NCBI GenBank assembly: GCA_963662865.1
Contig: OY759969.1
Location: 1,903,742-1,967,741, forward strand
DNA length: 64,000 nt
From: Gammaproteobacteria bacterium
Lineage (GTDB): Bacteria; Pseudomonadota; Gammaproteobacteria; JAJDYQ01
Reading direction: 5' to 3'
The translations under genes and the position numbers were made by a program. Shown one piece after another: positions 63,601 through 64,000 of the stretch (its first letter is position 1; each line of letters starts with the position of its first letter). The notes under the pieces were generated by a model. That model was not told the DNA's origin, did no database searches, and saw only the letters and a list, made by a program, of their open reading frames with translations.

Positions 63601-64000
63601 CGGGGACGCTGTAGTCACCGTTCTCAGTCGCACTATGGGCGGTACTTACGTAAGTGATCATCATATCCGCGGTCGGTGCCGGCATGAGATTGAACACCAC
63701 ATTGTGTGTGCCGACGCCTTCGTCTGCCGCCGATGATGCCAGGGCGAAGGATATCAAACTGACATCGCCCACCATGACGTCGAAGGTATTGTCGCTGGGG
63801 TGCGGGTCGGCGCCGCCGCCGACATTGGTGGCCCGGCTGGCGTGGTCAAAGCCGTTGGCGCTGTTGTCGTTCGGGCCCAGCGCGATGGTGTAGGTCTCGG
63901 TGCCGGTGCCCTCGGTGGTGACGTCACGCGCCGTGGTCAGCACCAGGGTGGCGGTCTCGGATCCCTCCCCTGCAAAGCTCAGCAACGGGGTGGCCGTGCC
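54641..64000 (-). CDS. Giant type Va autotransporter adhesin (N-terminus beyond window end). More than 20 tandem Calx-beta/Ig-like ~115-aa repeats plus a C-terminal autotransporter beta-barrel
   Basis: 3114 aa are open in the window. Many repeats of the type ..TVTVTG(V)DD.. / ..SATVSDDD... The C-terminal ~450 aa is Gly/Ser-rich with alternating amphipathic strands and ends ..IGAQWKLHW (terminal aromatic), typical of an AT translocator. All long plus-strand ORFs across this span are R/G/P-rich antisense shadows. Confidence 0.85.
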   Translation of the reverse strand, partial: GTATPLLSFAGEGSETATLVLTTARDVTTEGTGTETYTIALGPNDNSANGFDHASRATNVGGGADPHPSDNTFDVMVGDVSLISFALASSAADEGVGTHNVVFNLMPAPTADMMITYVSTAHSATENGDYSVPGRRISVTANTSSVSIPVTIIDDSLDEIRESAALTLTTIGSDYTPGSTSTHTLFIIDNDATTVTLAGAAGDIMEGADKAFTVTLGRALAAGEALAVPLTFMGEATPGTDYTVTGATASGVTYSGLGSAAGTVTFTGPSAASTTLTLSATADSDVEASGESVIIGLGTLNSNSGTDLGGGASGTDNLADFNIGGPPPVIGITGGPAVTEGSAATFTVTASRAQATDLPIMLTVADAAAPGDYLDSGDEGARMVNLPGGTTMTTVQIATQADRIDEPNGLITATIADGTGYTVDTPPAATVQVRDDDMTAVALSSSTAGNITEGASKVFTVALTRPLIAGESLAVPLTFMGEATPGTDYTVTGPAAMGIAYSGLNSAAGTVTFTGPSADRTRLTLTATLDNEVEAAGETVDIDLGTLGRDSGTNLGGGAFDADILNIFTIEDPSILTITGGAAVTEGSSVTFTVTADRVPSSDLDITLTVADAAAGDYLDAGDEGERMVTLSGTTTATLEIPTQADAIDETNGLITMTIADGTGYTVGMPSSAMVGVSDDDATTVTLAGTAADINEGVTRNLTVTVNRPLAAGESLAVPLTLGGTATRGTDYTLTGTDADGIAYTIPDSGPAGTVTFTGPAPAIATLTLAVQTDDADDAGETITIAPGTPTGSGPGGPLGGALIGTGSLDYTIMQDPAIVLLPTLAITEGASANYAVSLAVLPTIDVTIAVTGQAGTELTLSPDALTFTATNWNTIQSFTVTAGTDADADDDTATLMHTATGGNYDTVTAQITVNTRDEDEAGVTLTETQDDTTVIEQGSADGGTDTYTVVLATQPASAVEITVTSDTTSAATVSPMTLTFTTANWNTAQTVTVTGINDNRVNAGGERTASLSHHISTGDSRSYPTNGLSPAPVTVTVSDDDEAGVTLTETQGGTTVVEDGSADGGTDTYTVELDTQPSADVVIVPTSGTTSAATVSPPRLTFTPANWEAVQTVTVTGADDSTDAVDRQSSITHAATSTDADYNDIMVDSVTATVRDDEPTVVSLMRTGTTGAVDEGGTVGFTITLGRALSAGEIIDVPLSIGGTNVTTADWSLAAAGSGVSLTNEATATPLLSFAEGAETATLELSPEADNIDEGTETYRIELGANGDGTNGFDHTSLGTNVGGGADPHGSANGFDVEVVDAASHIVSVAIDPAMGAEGDTGLSDGATVTVTVTPPRPQGFALSLELSGTATRGSDYRFTQADNSEITGALELSFAADQASVAYKIRVSGDAVDEDDETVIVTVDRVGTTPEDVAIAPGAASVSYTVLNDDTPPGVTLVEPNGATTLTETGSARYTMVLNRQPTSDVTVVATSGMASLATVSPAAGLIFSDSNWDTAQTVTVTGVNNDADASDRTVIISHAATSTDSNYSGLAVASVTATVSDDDATPVTLAGAAGNLTEGDAKTITVTLGRALVAGEVLAVPLSFGGAATPGTDYSITGRAASGVSYTGLNGAAGTVTFTGPLTGMTATVATLTLSATVDSVDEGGGETVDIDLGTLDGDSGTNLGGGASGTDSLADFTIEEPVVIDITGGAAVTEGSSATFTLTASRAPGAELSITVAVTDAAAGNFVDSGAEGEATVTLASGATTVTYEVATQADVTDEASGTLTVTVADGDGYMVGPSPVAMVAVNDDDATVVTLSGAGGNLNEGATSALSVTLNRGLISGESLAVPLTLGGTAERGTDYTLTGTPANNIAYDIPDSGGAGTVTFSGPSVSAATLTLRILTDIITDANETIDIDLGPLGTTTGTNLGGGARGTDNLADFVIMEEPTIVLMPASLTVTEGGSAVGYAVSLATRPMVNVAIAVTGHSGTDLSPTPSGLTFTSANWSAVQTITVTADTDVDAVDDTARLTHTASATGDGYDGVTAQLPVTITDPDMAGVTLVETAGATRIVENGSTDTYTVELSTQPSGNVELMIASSDQTAATVSPTGLTFTMGNWNTAQEVTVRGVDDRIDNAGGERRVSLSHRISRGDGNSYPTDGLTLESLAVTVVDDDEAGVRFSETGVTVNENGAEDGGTASYTVVLTTPPAGAVEIAVSSDLPTAATASPAVLTFTVGNWDTEQTVTVRGVDDRLDNSPRDRRRTRISHGIRVGDGVGYPTSLSLTAVVVAVLDDDAAPAVMISAMEDFTVNENGGMASYTVELASQPAGDVEITTTSTMPIAAMVSPASLTFTTANWDTAQRVTVTGVDDNINNPDNRRTASIGHRISNGDGGGYPTDGLSPESVVVTVTDDDAAPGVMISVDVATVNENGGTASYTVELASQPAGDVEITTTSTMPIAAMVSPASLTFTTVNWDTAQRVTVTGVDDNINNPGNRRTASIGHRISVGDGGGYPTDGLSPESVVVTVTDDDAAPGVTISVDVATVNENGGTASYTVVLDSQPGAPVQLTVTSDTPTAATAGPSTLTFTTVNWNTAQVVTVTGVVDDIDHPGGARTASIGHRISNGDGGRYPTDGLSPESVVVTVTDGETETSQMQAAQETWLPRFGLMALEHMLGGLDARFSLTDRAPGLSGNVSGLSSGRALPGVDHGIGDVSGLGADGFGQGAGHGDGLGAGSVDRLLNLSRTLSLRDMLSGSRFVYTDQDGVSVWGQASYSRYEDAREGVTVDGEVTTGLLGVDSDNGRTLLGLALSYSEGTGDWSGASAQGELSSTLASLLPYIRHNVTERLQLWAAASYGLGNLEQSSTSADSRHDINQLSASVGLRGTLLERPVEAGGLKLELTSDATLARIESNDDDGGVAGLTADTQRLRLGLEWSWQMPQADGGRLVPELELGMRYDGGDSSDGVGVELGGGISWELPSRGLTVDVRGRRLLDHDAAERREWGVSGSLRYELQPDTAYGPSLSVRQEYGTAAASGGLDRLLSDSLSEALEGDSSQPGSASGRWSLEGEWGLALSDGATGIPYAGLSSSGTSSGSGRDLTVGWRLLSAPGGPDTELDIKALRRRDGEGKTNHGIGAQWKLHW

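Noticed and set aside
54669-63893. Long plus-strand ORFs including 59438..62875 (1145 aa) and 56204..57400
   Set aside because: These are Arg/Gly/His-rich low-complexity translations antisense to the giant autotransporter. The minus-strand frame carries the repeat domains and a canonical autotransporter C-terminus.

Overview
This 64 kb window looks like chromosomal DNA of a roughly 55-60 % GC gammaproteobacterium. The gene content suggests an autotrophic, PHA-storing sulfur-oxidiser such as a Chromatiales-like free-living species or symbiont. Three parts of that content point this way: a Calvin-cycle/glycolytic tkt-gap-pgk-pyk-fba cluster, a class III phaEC PHA synthase close to Allochromatium-type PhaC, and a gatCAB operon. 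Conserved housekeeping blocks make up most of the window:
- tkt-gap-pgk-pyk-fba
- mreBCD-mrdA-rodA-mltB-rlpA
- mdh, prc, yaaA, dacA-dat, rplM-rpsI, yegQ, coq7, gatCAB
- the PHA locus phaEC / phaA-phaB-phaR / phaB2-phaP
- prfC
Lower-GC or repeat-rich accessory elements are interspersed among these blocks.
(1) Giant Calx-beta/Ig-like repeat adhesin genes run off both window edges on the minus strand. The gene at the right edge ends in a type Va autotransporter beta-barrel. The gene at the left edge starts in the window behind a 23-nt poly-G/C homopolymer.
(2) A two-gene module sits between fba and the cell-wall genes. It encodes an AAA_21/ABC-type ATPase and a small DUF4276 protein with TOPRIM-like E...DxD motifs. 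This looks like a split OLD-type ATPase-nuclease and is a candidate antiphage defence system.
(3) A low-GC class II Fic (AMPylase) gene lies behind a 40-bp tandem repeat array carrying GTGAAATA half-sites. An alpha/beta-hydrolase gene remnant sits next to it.
(4) A Slam-like (DUF560, TPR + 14-strand barrel) outer-membrane protein is paired with a TbpB/fHbp-type surface lipoprotein. The lipoprotein gene is preceded by 26 perfect copies of a 7-bp repeat, (ATCAGCA)n on the coding strand. This repeat is translatable in every frame and couples or uncouples an upstream leader ORF. I consider this a likely phase-variable Slam-dependent surface lipoprotein system in a non-classical host, and it is the most interesting item in the window.
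(5) A low-GC ABC ATPase plus two polytopic membrane proteins lie next to phaP.
(6) A frameshifted TlpA-like thioredoxin pseudogene is present.
No rRNA, tRNA, CRISPR array or recognisable transposase was seen by eye.
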